Below the pieces are notes generated by a model, which had not been told where the DNA came from, ran no database searches, and worked only from the letters and a program-made list of their open reading frames with translations. Positions 1 to 13,694 of a stretch of 64,000 bases of DNA are shown one piece after another (the stretch's first letter is position 1; each line of letters opens with the position of its first letter). This DNA is from the human T2T-CHM13v2.0 reference genome, Homo sapiens, in assembly GCF_009914755.1 (NCBI RefSeq), contig NC_060926.1, one strand, 5' to 3'. The position numbers and the translations under genes were made by a program.

Positions 1-112
1 CCACCAAGAGTGGAGGCTGCTGGCCACACCTAGCTGCAAAGGAGCCTGGGAAATGGAGTCCCTCATCGGGAGGCCGTCTGCCCAGCTGCAACCTACTGTG
101 GAAGAAGATGGG

Positions 113-423
113 AGCTGGGTGCAGTGGCTCACATCTATAAGGACAGCACTTTGGGAGTCCTAGGCAGGAGGATAGCTTAAGCCCAAGAGTTCAGTTAAAG
201 ATCAGCCTAAGCAACATAGTGCAGACCCTGTCTCTACAAAAAAATACAAAAATTAGCCAAACGTGGTGGTTCACACCTGCAGTCCCAGCTACTCAGGAGG
301 CTGAGGCAGGAGGATTACTTGAGCCTAGGAGGTCAAGGCTGCAGTGAGCCATGATGGCGCCATTGCACTCCAGCCTGGGCAACAGAGAGAAACTCTATCA
401 AAAAAAAAAAAAAAAAAAAAAAA
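113..423 (+). mobile_element. Alu (AluJ-like)
   Basis: Dimeric Alu, ggtcaaggctgcagtgag, long A tail. Confidence 0.9.
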
Positions 424-1460
424 GACGGGAAGGATTTGGTGGACACCTGGCAGTGTCTGCCAAAACATTACACAATTTTGAAAAAAACAGGAGATCCTAG
501 CAACACATACAAACTACGAATTTCACAAAGAGCCTTTGTTTATTGTAAAGTAAGCATATCTCTAACACATCAGCCAAAGATGGTTGCCTCTTTCTTTATC
601 CCAGCCCCCAACACACAGAGTTCTACGTCCAAATACAGAAAATACATGCATTTATGCATGCGGTAAGGAAAAAAAGGCACCACATTTAACCTTTCAGACA
701 CAAATGGTGGAAGACATAAAATAACTAGACTGAAAATCTGGAGCCACAAGGAGATGAACTTTGCCAGGATAAGAAAAAAAATTACTATTTAAAATAACAA
801 ACAGTCAACACTGATTACGATCAACTCTGCCCAAGAATTTGATTACATTAAAGGAAAGAAGGTAGTTTCAATGCTCTGGCTGTTGAAAGGTGGAGGCTGG
901 TGGCCACGGCACAGAGGGAGCACCACAGAGTATGCGCGGGGTTCAGGCCAGGGCACCATAATTTAACTATTCCAGTGGACGGAGGGCTTGGGAACCCTCA
1001 CTGGGAGGTCAGCATCTGGATTCTGTAAGAATAGAAGGATGTTTGCATGCAAAAGTATGGTGTGTGCATGTGTGTGCGTGCATGCACAGGTGTGTGCATT
1101 ATTATGGGCTGGTGTCCAAGGTTACTTTAGCAGAGAGTTCCAATGTCCTTTCTGCTCTCTTGCCCCTTCATCTGGGAGGAGCAGGGAACAAGGTGTTCTA
1201 GGAATAGGAGAGGTGCCAGCGATTGCCATGGTCAAAGAGGGAACCAGTAGGAGCTGCAGCACAGACTTCTCTTAGTTAGTCTGATAAGAACGGAAAGAAC
1301 TTATCTGTGTGAGAAACACTTAGATGAGACCAGAACTTTACCTTCTGCATCCACCAATCCGAGGGCACTGATATGCAAGTTCAGCCTCCTGGGTGTTCAG
1401 GTAAACTCCTGAAGATCCCCAAGGTCCAGTTAATGAGAACAAATTACTTGCCCTGGGTCT

Positions 1461-1529
1461 CTATGTTCCATCTCCGTTCTCTCTGCTGCTGCCTCTGGCA
1501 TCTGCTGTCCCTCTGCCAGCTATTCCTGT
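1461..1529 (-). CDS. TGFBRAP1: Candidate alternative terminal coding exon (TGIAGRGTADARGSSRENGDGT*)
   Basis: Acceptor ggttatttttcctag at 1531/1530; phase-0 compatible with the exon 11 donor; AATAAA on the minus strand at 544-539. Inference; no transcript data seen. Confidence 0.45.
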   Translation of the reverse strand, partial: TGIAGRGTADARGSSRENGDGT

Positions 1530-1653
1530 CTAGGAAAAATAACCAAGTTCATTTTCGGAAGCATTTTTTAAAAGAAAGTCCTGCTGTTCTTTATTCATGG
1601 TCCTTTGGAGGAATATATTTCTCATTTCCTCCCTCATTAAAATACTGCTGCCG

Positions 1654-3280
1654 GGAAGGAAGGAAAGAAAATTGGAAAGGCTCCTCCTCTCCCTCTCCCT
1701 CCTCTCCCTCTCCCTCCTCTCCCTCTCCCTCCTCTCCCTCTCCCTCTCCCTCTCCCCACGGTCTCCCTCTCCCCACGGTCTCCCTCTCCCTCTCTTTCCA
1801 CGGTCTCCCCCTGATGCCGAGCCAAAGCTGGACTGTACTGCTGCCATCTCGGCTCACTGCAACCTCCCTGCCTGATTCTCCTGCCTCAGCCTGCCGAGTG
1901 CCTGCGATTGCAGGCGCGCGCCGCCACGCCTGACTGGTTTTCGTATTTTTTTGATGGAGACGGGGTTTCGCCGTGTTGGCCGGGCTGGTCTCCAGCTCCT
2001 AACCGCGAGTGATCTGCCAGCCTCGGCCTCCCAAGGTGCCGGGATGGCAGACGGAGTCGCGTTCACTCAGTGCTCAATGGTGCCCAGGCTGGAGTGCAGT
2101 GGCGTGATCTCGGCTCGCTACAACATCCACCTCCCAGCTGCCTGCCTTGGCCTCCCAAAGTGCCGAGATTGCAGCCTCTGCCCGGCCGCCACCCCGTCTG
2201 GAAAGTGAGGAGCATCTCTGCCCCGCCGCCCATCGTCTGAGATGTGGGGAGCGCCTCTGCCCTGCCGCCCCGTCTGGGATGTGAGGAGAGTCTCTGCCCG
2301 GCCGCCCCGTCTGGGAAGTGAGGAGCCCCTCCGCCCGGCCGCCACCCCGTCTGGGAAGTGAGGAGCGTCTCTGCCTGGCTGCCCATCGTCTGGGATGTGA
2401 GGAGCCTCTCTGCCTGGCTGCCCAGTCTGGAAAGTGAGGAGCGTCTCTGCCCGGCCGCCCATCGTCTGAGATGTGGGGAGCGCCTCTGCCCCGCCGCCCA
2501 TTGTCTGAGATGTGGGGAGCACCTCTGCCCTGCCGCCCCGTCTGGGAGGTGAGGAGCGTCTCTGCCTGGCAACCGCCCCGTCTGAGAAGTGAGGAGCGTC
2601 TCCGCCCGGCAGCCACACCGTCTGGGAGGGAGGTGGGGGGGGATCAGCCCCCCGCCTGGCCAGCCACCCCGTCTGGGAGGTGAGGGGCGCCTCTGCCCGG
2701 CCGCCCCTACTGGGAAGTGAGGAGCCCCTCTGCCCGGCCGCCACCCCGTCTGGGAGGTGTACTCAACAGCTCATTGAGAAGGGGCCATGATGACAATGGC
2801 GGTTTTGTGGAATAGAAAGGGGGGAAAGGTGGGGAAAAGATTGAGAAATCGGATGGTTGCCATGTCTGTGTAGAAAGAGGTAGACATGGGAGACTTTTCA
2901 TTTTGTTCTGTACTAAGAAAAATTCTTCTGCCTTGGGATCCTGTTGATCTGTGACCTTACCCCCAACCCTGTGCTCTCTGAAACATGTGCTGTGTCCACT
3001 CAGGGTTGAATGGATTAAGGGTGGTGCAAGATGTGCTTTGTTAAACAGATGCTTGAAGGCAGCATGCTCGTTAAGAGTCATCACCACTCCCTAATCTCAA
3101 GTACCCAGGGACACAAACACTGCGGAAGGCCGCAGGGTCCTCTGCCTAGGAAAACCAGAGACCTTTGTTCACTTATCTGCTGACCTTCCCTCCACTATTG
3201 TCCTGTGACCCTGCCAAATCCCCCTCTGCGAGAAACACCCAAGAATGATCAATAAAAAAAATAAATAAATAAAATAAAAT
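1654..3280 (+). mobile_element. Full-length SVA retrotransposon (probably SVA_C/D)
   Basis: (CCCTCT)n region ~1681-1795, Alu-like domain, GC-rich VNTR ~2170-2760, SINE-R, AATAAA and A-rich tail; TSD aaaatactgctgccg at 1639-1653 and 3281-3295. Confidence 0.97.
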
Positions 3281-3864
3281 AAAATACTGCTGCCGTATTT
3301 CCTCCTTTTGGCATTTTTGCGGTGGTCTCATGAAGACTTTAGATGCTTTATTACACCATAACAAGAGAGTCACTAAGCTCACTGTACAAGATAAAAAGAC
3401 TGAATGATTTTAAAAATGCACAAGGAACAATGGGAAGCTTAATTTGCTTTGAAACTATCTGAAACAGGAGGCTCTTTTTCCCCAAGGCCTTGGAATTCTC
3501 TCTGGAATCTGAAGGGGCTCTTGGGGAGCAGCCAGTCTAGGCCACTAGAAAGTCCTTTCCCCCTTGCAGGGGGTTCTGGGGAGTGCCGGAATGCATTCCC
3601 TTCAGACCCACACAGGTGGCTGTGGGCACCATGCGGTTTCCCTCCAGCCAAGCCCAGATGGGGCCCCTGGCTGCTTCCACATTCCCCAGGATGATGATCC
3701 ATGATTTTTTGTCCCACTCATCTCTAAATCTCTGTTATACTTCATGGGAGCCTCCTTTTGCCTGCATGTCCTCTTCATTCCCCTACCTTCTTCTCTGGTT
3801 TCCTTCTCCTTAAACCATGCAATAAGCAGATACCAGCCCTTCCTGTGATGTGAGATGATATTAA

Positions 3865-4170
<306 letters not shown>

Positions 4171-4235
4171 AAGGTGATACTAACATCTTAAAACTTAAGT
4201 TATAAATTGTGTACAAGAATGACATATATGAATAA

Positions 4236-4851
<616 letters not shown>

Positions 4852-5820
4852 TCCTAGTTTAAAAAAATTTTATCTCCTGATTCTTTAAAATTATAAAAGT
4901 AACGTGCTCCTTGTAAAAACAAAACAAAAACCAAACAACCAGTGTGTTTATTGGAGGGTTTTTAAAACTAGTTTTATTATTATGTATAAAAATATGCTTT
5001 TTCTTTTGCAAAATTCAGATCATACAGCATCACAACTTTGTGGCCCGGTTTTTATCTTTGTTTTGGTTTTGTTTGCTTTTGTACCATTTTTGGAAGTGAT
5101 TTCTGGTGGCCAGGAGTTCTCCATTGTGGTGATATGCCTCTGATACTTAAGGCTTCCTATTTTGGATATTCAAGGTTTTTTTTTTTTCTATTTTTTACCA
5201 TTTAAACAAATGCTATAATGAGCATCCTTGACATAAATTTTTCTGCCTAGCTGCTGATCATTTTCCTAAAATAAACTTCTAAAAGTGGAAATGGTGGTTT
5301 CTGGTGCCATAATAAAATCGCTTTTCAGAAAGTTAGTGTCAAGTTATTCTCTCACCAGCTGAGCTGGAGAATTCCCAGAACCATGGGAAAGTCTTGGAGA
5401 GGTCACGAAGTACTTCTCATCAGCCACCCCTGGCCCTCACAGGCAGGCTGTGTCAGGCTCCTTTGGGCCACAGGTTGGATTATGAATCAGGTTAAGAAGG
5501 TACTGGGGAGAGCAAACACAGCCTTTTTGACTTAGGAGGCATTATTCAAGAACTTTGCAGTTTTACAAAAGCTAAGACCAATTAATATATATTTACTAAT
5601 TATATATAGGAGAGTATAAAAGAAACAATTATTGAAAGTATTTTGCACCTCCCAGAAACCAATTTGGGCTGGAAGAATTGCTCGTGGCCACTTCAGGCCC
5701 ATTTGAGTCACCTAGACTCAAGAAACCCTTTGAACAAGCAGAAGTAAGTATGCTTTCTGCCTGCCAGGCTGGCCTAGGAAGGGTTTCCAGACTCGTGTCC
5801 TGTTTCTGGCCCCTTCCTAC

Positions 5821-6172
5821 TACTATGGCATGAATTGCGTCTCCCTTGCCAAATTCATATGTTGAAATCCTCACCCACAATGTGATGGCCTTAGGAGGTG
5901 AGGCCTTTGGGAAGTGATTAGGTCATGAGGGTGAGGCCCCCATGATGAATTAGGAAAAGAGGTAGAGACCCCAGAGCTTCCTCTCTCTGCCATGTGAGGA
6001 CGCAGCATGAAAGGGGCCATCTGAAGCCAGGAAGAGAGCCCTCTCCAGGAACTGAATCTGCTGGCATCTTGGTCTTGGACTTCCAGCCTCCAGAACTGTG
6101 AGAACTAAGTTTCTGTTGCCTAAGTCTGCAGTCTGTGGTATTTTGTTACAGCAGACCAAGCTGACTAAGACA
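5821..6172 (+). mobile_element. MaLR LTR (MLT1A-like)
   Basis: aaattcatatgttgaaatcct ... gacttccagcctccagaactgtgag ... gactaagaca motifs. Confidence 0.8.
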
Positions 6173-6269
6173 GATACTCGGAGGCAAACTTTTCTGCCTT
6201 GTTGTGAGAAGTATATGAAAATTTTAATGTTCTATTCTCTGTCCTGAGAAGCAGAATACAATTTCAGCT

Positions 6270-7150
6270 GTCCCAGTGGCCTAATCAAAAAGATATAGTA
6301 ACCATATTTTCTATTTTCTGTAACTGATGCTTTGATAACTGGGCCCTTGCTGACCCTAGAGGACAGACTGCCCCTCCCAGCATCAGCCAATTCCTAGAGG
6401 CAGTAAACAGCTCGCCCACAAGCAAGCTTTCCTTTCTTTCTTTTTTTTTCAGTGACAGGGTCTCACTGTGTTGCCCACAGTGCAATGGAGTGCAGTGGTA
6501 CAATCATGGCTCACTGCAGCCCCAAACCCCTGGGCTCAAGTGATCCTCCTGCCTCAGCCTCCTGAGTAGCTGGGAATACAGGCATGTGCCACCACACCTG
6601 ACTAACGTTTTACTTTTTGTAAAGATGAGGTCTCACTATGTTGTCCAGGCTGGTTTCGAACTCCTGGCCTCAAGCGGTCCTCCTCCCTTGGCCTCCCAAA
6701 GTGGTGAGATTACAGATATGAGCCACCCCACCAAAGAATGCTTTTCAAATGCAAAACAACCATTCCAGGGCTTACACCCCAACCACCTCCTTTATGGAGC
6801 TCTCACCCATGGGGTCGCCATCCACCTGTGCCAATCACCCCAGAGCCAGGTACCAAACAATTAGGGAAGCCCCTGCACCCCAAAGCCCACTGAAATCAAA
6901 CCAGCCAATCCTAAGCCTGCTCACCCTGTCTCTCCCATTCCTTCCCATGGAAGCCACAACCACGGGAAGGCTCCTGACCACATTCCCCACCCCTCCCTCT
7001 GCCTCCTGACCAACCTGGTGCCTCTCCATGTGGCCCTGCATGGGATGCTGTGCCCCTTCTCGTGGGAGCTGTGGTAACAACCAACCTGTTCAGCAGCAGT
7101 CATCTCCTGATCTGTTGGCCTCACCATACCTCACGTTTTCTATTAATACT
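6270..7150. mobile_element. Old LTR (MER73/74-like, tentative) interrupted by an antisense AluJ (6433-6732)
   Basis: LTR-like motifs (agccaatcctaagcctgctcaccctg; ctcctgatctgttggcctcaccatacct); family uncertain. Confidence 0.5.
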
Positions 7151-7806
7151 CTCTATTTTAAAGCAAAGTATTCTATGATGAGCTGATTGGCTAAAACAAT
7201 TTGCATTCTGCACCCCCTCCCTTTCTTATGTTTTAAAAAACTTTGACTATGCAAAGCTCAAGATGAACAGGCAGAATACCAGAAGGAAATGTTGGCAGTG
7301 GCTCTCTTGGGTGGTAGAATTGTTGCTCTTTCCATAGCTCAAATACTTGTATTATTTTGCTTAGAACCAGGAGAAAGCCTCCCCTCCAGCCTTATCTCTC
7401 ACCATTCCTCTGTTACTCCCTGGGGTCCTGGTTACTCAAACTGACCCCTTTCTCTCATTTCCAAGGGGCCATCACCTCGCTCACTTCTAGGGTTGGTCCT
7501 GCTGCTCCTTCTGCCTGGGGCACTTTTCCCCGACTTAAGGCTCCCCTCCTGGGCTTCTGGCTTACCCGCACTGCCCACTCTAGCATTTGTCCCACTCTGT
7601 TGTAACTGTCCCTGATTGTTTACAAGATAAAACAATGTAAACGTCTAAAGAGATTCCATTTCTTTGATTTTAGTCAGTTTACAAGAAGGTATTCCCTTTA
7701 TATGAGTACACAGTCAAAAACTCAATTTTAAGCCTGCCCCGCCCAAAAGACAGGTTATCATATTACTGGTCTGGCTATATTTAAGTGCATTTTCCATGTA
7801 TGTTAG

Positions 7807-8352
7807 TGTCAGAGGCGTCTGAACCAGAGCACTCCATCTTGAATAAGAGCTGGGTAAAATAAGGCTGAAACCTACTGGGCTGCATTCCCAGATGGTTAGA
7901 CATTCTAATCACAGGATGAGATAGAAGGTCGGCACAAGATACAGGTCATAAAGACCTTGCTGATAAAACAGCTTGCAGTAAAGAAGCAGCTAAATCTCAC
8001 GAAAACCAAGATGGCGATGAGAGTGACCTCTGGTCGTCCTCACTGCTACACCCCCGCCAGTGCCATGACAGCTTACAAATGCCATGGCAACGTCAGGAAG
8101 TTACCCTATATGGTCTAAAAACGGGAGGCATGAATAATCCACCCCTTGTTTAGCATGTAATCAAGAAATAACCATAAAAATGGGCAGCCAGCAGCCCTTG
8201 GGGCTGCTCTATGGAGTAACCATTCTTTTATTCCTTTACTTTCTTAATAAACTTGCTTTCACTTTATTCTATGGACTCGCCCTGAATTATTTCTTGTGCG
8301 AGATCCAAGAACCCTCTCTTGGGGTCTGGATCCGGACCCCTTTCTGGTAACA
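7807..8352 (+). mobile_element. MER41 solo LTR (ERV1, MER41A-like)
   Basis: TGTCAGAGGCG...GGTAACA termini, internal AATAAA, 4-bp TSD ttag (7803-7806, 8353-8356). Confidence 0.9.
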
Positions 8353-8380
8353 TTAGTATTCTTGCCATTTTCATACTGTA

Positions 8381-8742
8381 TTTTTTTATGGTGGTAAAAT
8401 ATACATAACATTAAGTTTATCCTTCTGACAGATTTTAAGTGTATAGTTCTGTGGCATAAATACATTTACATTGTTATGCAATCATCACCACCATCAGAAC
8501 AGAAACTCTGTCCCCATTAAACACTAATTTCCCCTTTCTCCCTTCCCAGCCCCTGGCACCCACCATTCTACTTCCCATCTGTATGAACCTGACTATTCTA
8601 GGTGTCTCATAGAAGTGGAATCACACAGTATGTGTCCTTTTGTGACTTGCTTATTTCACTTGGCATAATGTCCTCAAGATTCATCCATATTGTAGTGTGT
8701 GTCAGAATTTTCTTCCTTTTTCACACTGAATAATATTCCATT
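8381..8742 (-). mobile_element. L1M (L1MB-like) 3' end fragment, left-arm copy
   Basis: Reverse complement of typical L1M 3'UTR motifs (ataagcaagtcacaaaaggac, gatgattgcataacaatg). Confidence 0.8.
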
Positions 8743-9377
8743 TCATGGGTTTTAAATTGTATATTTAGTTACAAAAGTGTTATGTGCATAGACTATTTGG
8801 ATGCATTTTATATAAAATTAGAATTGCTATTTCATATATTCATATCAACATAAAAAATATAACCCTATATCAGACCATCTAAAAGTCATCTGCTTATTGC
8901 CCTAATCCCTCCCATTGGGTCCAGACAGACCAACAAGCAAAGCTCCTGAATGGTCTAAGGTGGGCCCTTGAAAATGGGTTCAAAATCAGCACAAGGTCTT
9001 TGCCAAGACCTGTTGGTTTTTTCATCATTTTATCCACAGAACTTTGCACAATGCCTGGCACACTGCAGTCTCCCAACATATACTTGTGGAATGAATGAAT
9101 AATTGAACACATGAATGAATGAATGAATGGAAAATGGAAAAACTGCCCCCTTTGCATGAAACACAGTTCTTGATGAGTCCCTCAGTCCCTGAGCTGCCTC
9201 CCTCTATGACCAGGTTATTGCTAATTCTGCAGTTGCATGAACATGATCATAAACTTGGAGTAAGTCACTGCTGCTGAGGCTCTGCCCCAGGAGGAAACAA
9301 GGCCACTCGCCAGCTCATCAGCCCCAGATGCTTCCCAGACAGAAAGATCCTTCCGTCTTCCTGGCCCACTGGATGAA

Positions 9378-9845
9378 TGTGATGGTCAATTTCATGTGTC
9401 AATGTGACTGGGCCACGGGATGCCCAGATTAAACATTCTTTCTGGGTGCCTCTGTGAGGGTGTTTCCAGATGAGATTAGCTTTGGGGTTGGTGGCCTCAG
9501 GAAAGATCTACCCTTCCCTATGTGTGGGCATCATCCAATCCACTGAGGGCCTGAATAGAACAGAAGGCAGAGGAAGGAGGAATTTGCCTTTTTTTTTTTC
9601 TTAACTTGGCTCAGTGCTTGAGCTGGGATATCTCCTCTCATCTTCTCCTGCCCTTAGACTGGGATTTAGACCATCAGCTCCCTGGTTCTCAGGCCTTCAG
9701 ACTTGGACTGAATTATGTCACAGGTCTTCCTGGGTCTCCAGAAGCTGATGGCAGAACATAGAAACTTCTCAGCCTCCAGAATGGCCTGAACCAATTCCTC
9801 ACAATAAATCAGTCTCTCAATCACACGCCCTTTCTCTCCCCACCC

Positions 9846-9893
<48 letters not shown>

Positions 9894-9940
9894 TCTCTCT
9901 CTCTCTCCTATTGGTTCTCTTTCTCTGGAGAACCCTGCCT
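9378..9940 (+). mobile_element. MLT2 (ERVL) LTR containing a (CA)n microsatellite at ~9848-9890
   Basis: tgtgatggtcaatttcatgtgtcaa ... ctattggttctctttctctggagaaccctg. Confidence 0.85.
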
Positions 9941-11202
9941 GTTGCAATGTGCATCCTGGCACGGCCATGGCAGTGGGAAAAGCTGACCTTCCCTGTCGGT
10001 TGCTGCTTAAGAAGCAGCTTGTTTTCCAGCATTTGTGTAAACACAAGATACCTGAAAATTACACCAGTAGGCGCAAATCGAGCACAGATGGGAAACTGGC
10101 ACTGCCACTGCATGTTTCCAATGTTGAGTTGCATGAAATTACAGTTATGGGAGCAGAGATAATGATGGGTTTACAGGAGGCTCTCAAGTTTGATGTGATG
10201 TGACAGCCAACCTTCCCTCTGTAATTGCATAACCTTTGCTGTGGTCTATTCCACACGGAATCGCCCAGGACACTGGCCTGCAATGCAGGTGTGGAAATAT
10301 GTTAGGAAATCTACAGCATCAAGACACCACAGCAGTGGGAGAAGGAGCCTGACCAAGGAAACAGGCTGGTTCTAATTTGCTGAGGCGCTGCGCCCCGACT
10401 GATACACAGGGAGAAGTGAATACCAGCCCTTCCCCTCCCAAGCCCAGACACAAACACGCATGCTGTCTATACTGCCTGCAAAGTCACTTCTTGCCCTCCC
10501 AGGAAAGTGAGGATAAATGTCCCCTTACTGTCCTGTGATCAGCTTCAGCAGCTCTCTGCACTTCCAGATGTCATGCAGTGGTGACCCTCTCAAAAACAGG
10601 AATTGGAACCCTACTAGCTGAAGCAACCATCCAAGAAGGGGCATGACTAGAGATCTGGGCACACAACACACCTCCTTCCCTTCCCAAAAGATGTTGTAGA
10701 GGTTTATATGAAGAGGGGTTGGGAAAAAAGATGGAAAATGTGCAAACCTTCATTAGGGGACCTGCTAATGAAACACACAGGGCAGGTGGCCACTCTGTCA
10801 TCTGCTCTGACCTACAGGGCAGCAGCTGCCCTGTCTCTGGCCACATTTTCCTGTAAGTTAGTCTGGATCTCGTTCTGAATCAGCTTTACACAGACCTCTG
10901 CATAGGAACAAGTGTCACATCATGGATGGGGAAACCTTTGTGCCTTTCCTTGTTGGCAAAGGATTTTGAACCCATTTTCAAGGGACCACCTTAGACCATT
11001 CATGAGCTCTGCTTGTTGGTCTGTTTGGACCCAATAGAAGGGATTAGGACAATAAGCAGACGACTGTTAGATGGGCTGATATAGGGTTATATTTTTCTAT
11101 GTTGATATGAATATAAAAAATAGAAATTCTAATTTTATATAAAATACATGCAAAGAGTCTATGCACATACACTCTTGGTGACTACACTATTTTAAAATCA
11201 TG

Positions 11203-11898
<696 letters not shown>

Positions 11899-12534
11899 AC
11901 TATGAAAATGGCAAGAATATTAACATACATGCAAAATGCACTTAAATATAGCCAGGCCAGTAATATGATAACCTGTCTTTTTTGGGGAGGGCATAAAATT
12001 TGAGTTTCTGACTATGTTTACTCATATAAAGGGAATACATTCTTGTAAACTGACTGAAGTCAAAGAAACTGAATCTCTTTTGAGGTGTACATCATTATGT
12101 CTTGTAAACAACTGAGAAATGCTCTCCTGTACTCTGTGTTAAGAAAGTAAGTTTAGGATTTCAGTTATATTCGTTTATAAGCTTCAGTCAATAGCTGCCT
12201 GTAAGTCAGCAACATATTAAAAAACAGTTTGGAAATAGTTGGTGGGGTTTTACCATAATGTGCTGGCTGCAGAGGCGGGAGTGAGGGAGGGTAGGCCAAC
12301 TGACCACCCCAGTTCTATCATGCACATTGCTGTGGAGGTAAATCATAAACATGTGTGGGCAACCAGACAGAGGCAGGGGCTGGGTGAGTCAGCTCAAAGC
12401 ACGTAGCGTCATCTTAGCTCACATTCCTGTTGAGGTCAGGTTGGGGATTGGCCACCCCAGCTTCGTTGCACACACATGGATTCCGAAAGGGAAAAACTGA
12501 TATTTCAAGCAAGACAAATGGAAAATGTTCTCTA

Positions 12535-13008
<474 letters not shown>

Positions 13009-13285
13009 CTAGAGTCACTTTCCAAATCAAGGAACCATGCAATGAGATTCCGGAGTGCTCAGACACACCTGTGGGGGCACATCTGTGGGATGTGTGCATG
13101 AGTCCCTGTGCTGGGTGCTTTCAAGGGCCACCTGAGACCCTGGTCCTAGAGGACATCTTTTGGTAATGAAGACTGAGACCATACTGCTACCCTGCCCTGA
13201 CTTCCATTGCTTGGAACAGAAGGTTAACACGAGAAGGGAACTCAGATACTGCCCAGCTCCACCTCCTGCTTATGGACGATGCCAC

Positions 13286-13694
13286 TGATATGGTTTGGAT
13301 GCGTGTCGCCCTCCAAATCTCATGCTGAAATTAACCTCCAGTGTTGGAGGTGGGGCCTAGTGGGAGGTATTGGAACCCGGGGACGAATCCCTCACGAATT
13401 ACCTCCCCGTGGTAAAGAGTGAGTTCTCACTCTGTTAGTTCACGTGAGAGCTGGCTGTTTAAAGGAGTCTGGCACCTCCTCCTCACTGTCTCTCTCCAGC
13501 TCTTGCCATGTGATGCATCTGCTCCCCCTTGGCCTCCCACCATGGCTGGAAGCTTCCTGAGGCCTTCCCAGAAGCAGATGCCAGCACCACGCTTCCTGTA
13601 CAGCCTGTAGAACAATGAGCCAAACAAACCTCTTCTTTATAAACTATCCAGTCTCGAATATTTATTGAGAGCAATGCAAAAATGGACTGACGCA
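13286..13694 (+). mobile_element. MaLR LTR (MSTB-like)
   Basis: tgatatggtttggat ... aatggactgacgca; near 5-bp TSD gccac/ggcac. Confidence 0.85.

Larger units (their letters stand above)
7616..8987. repeat. Left arm of ancient inverted duplication (interrupted by MER41)
   Basis: Reverse complement aligns with 10962-12111 at roughly 85-90% identity by eye. Confidence 0.93.

Noticed and set aside
2170-2760. Regularly spaced ~40-bp repeats resembling a CRISPR array
   Set aside because: This is the SVA VNTR; no unique spacers, no cas genes, eukaryotic context
1373-3087. Several 100-200 aa ORFs on both strands
   Set aside because: They lie in the SVA hexamer, VNTR and SINE-R; low-complexity GC-rich repeats are poor in stop codons
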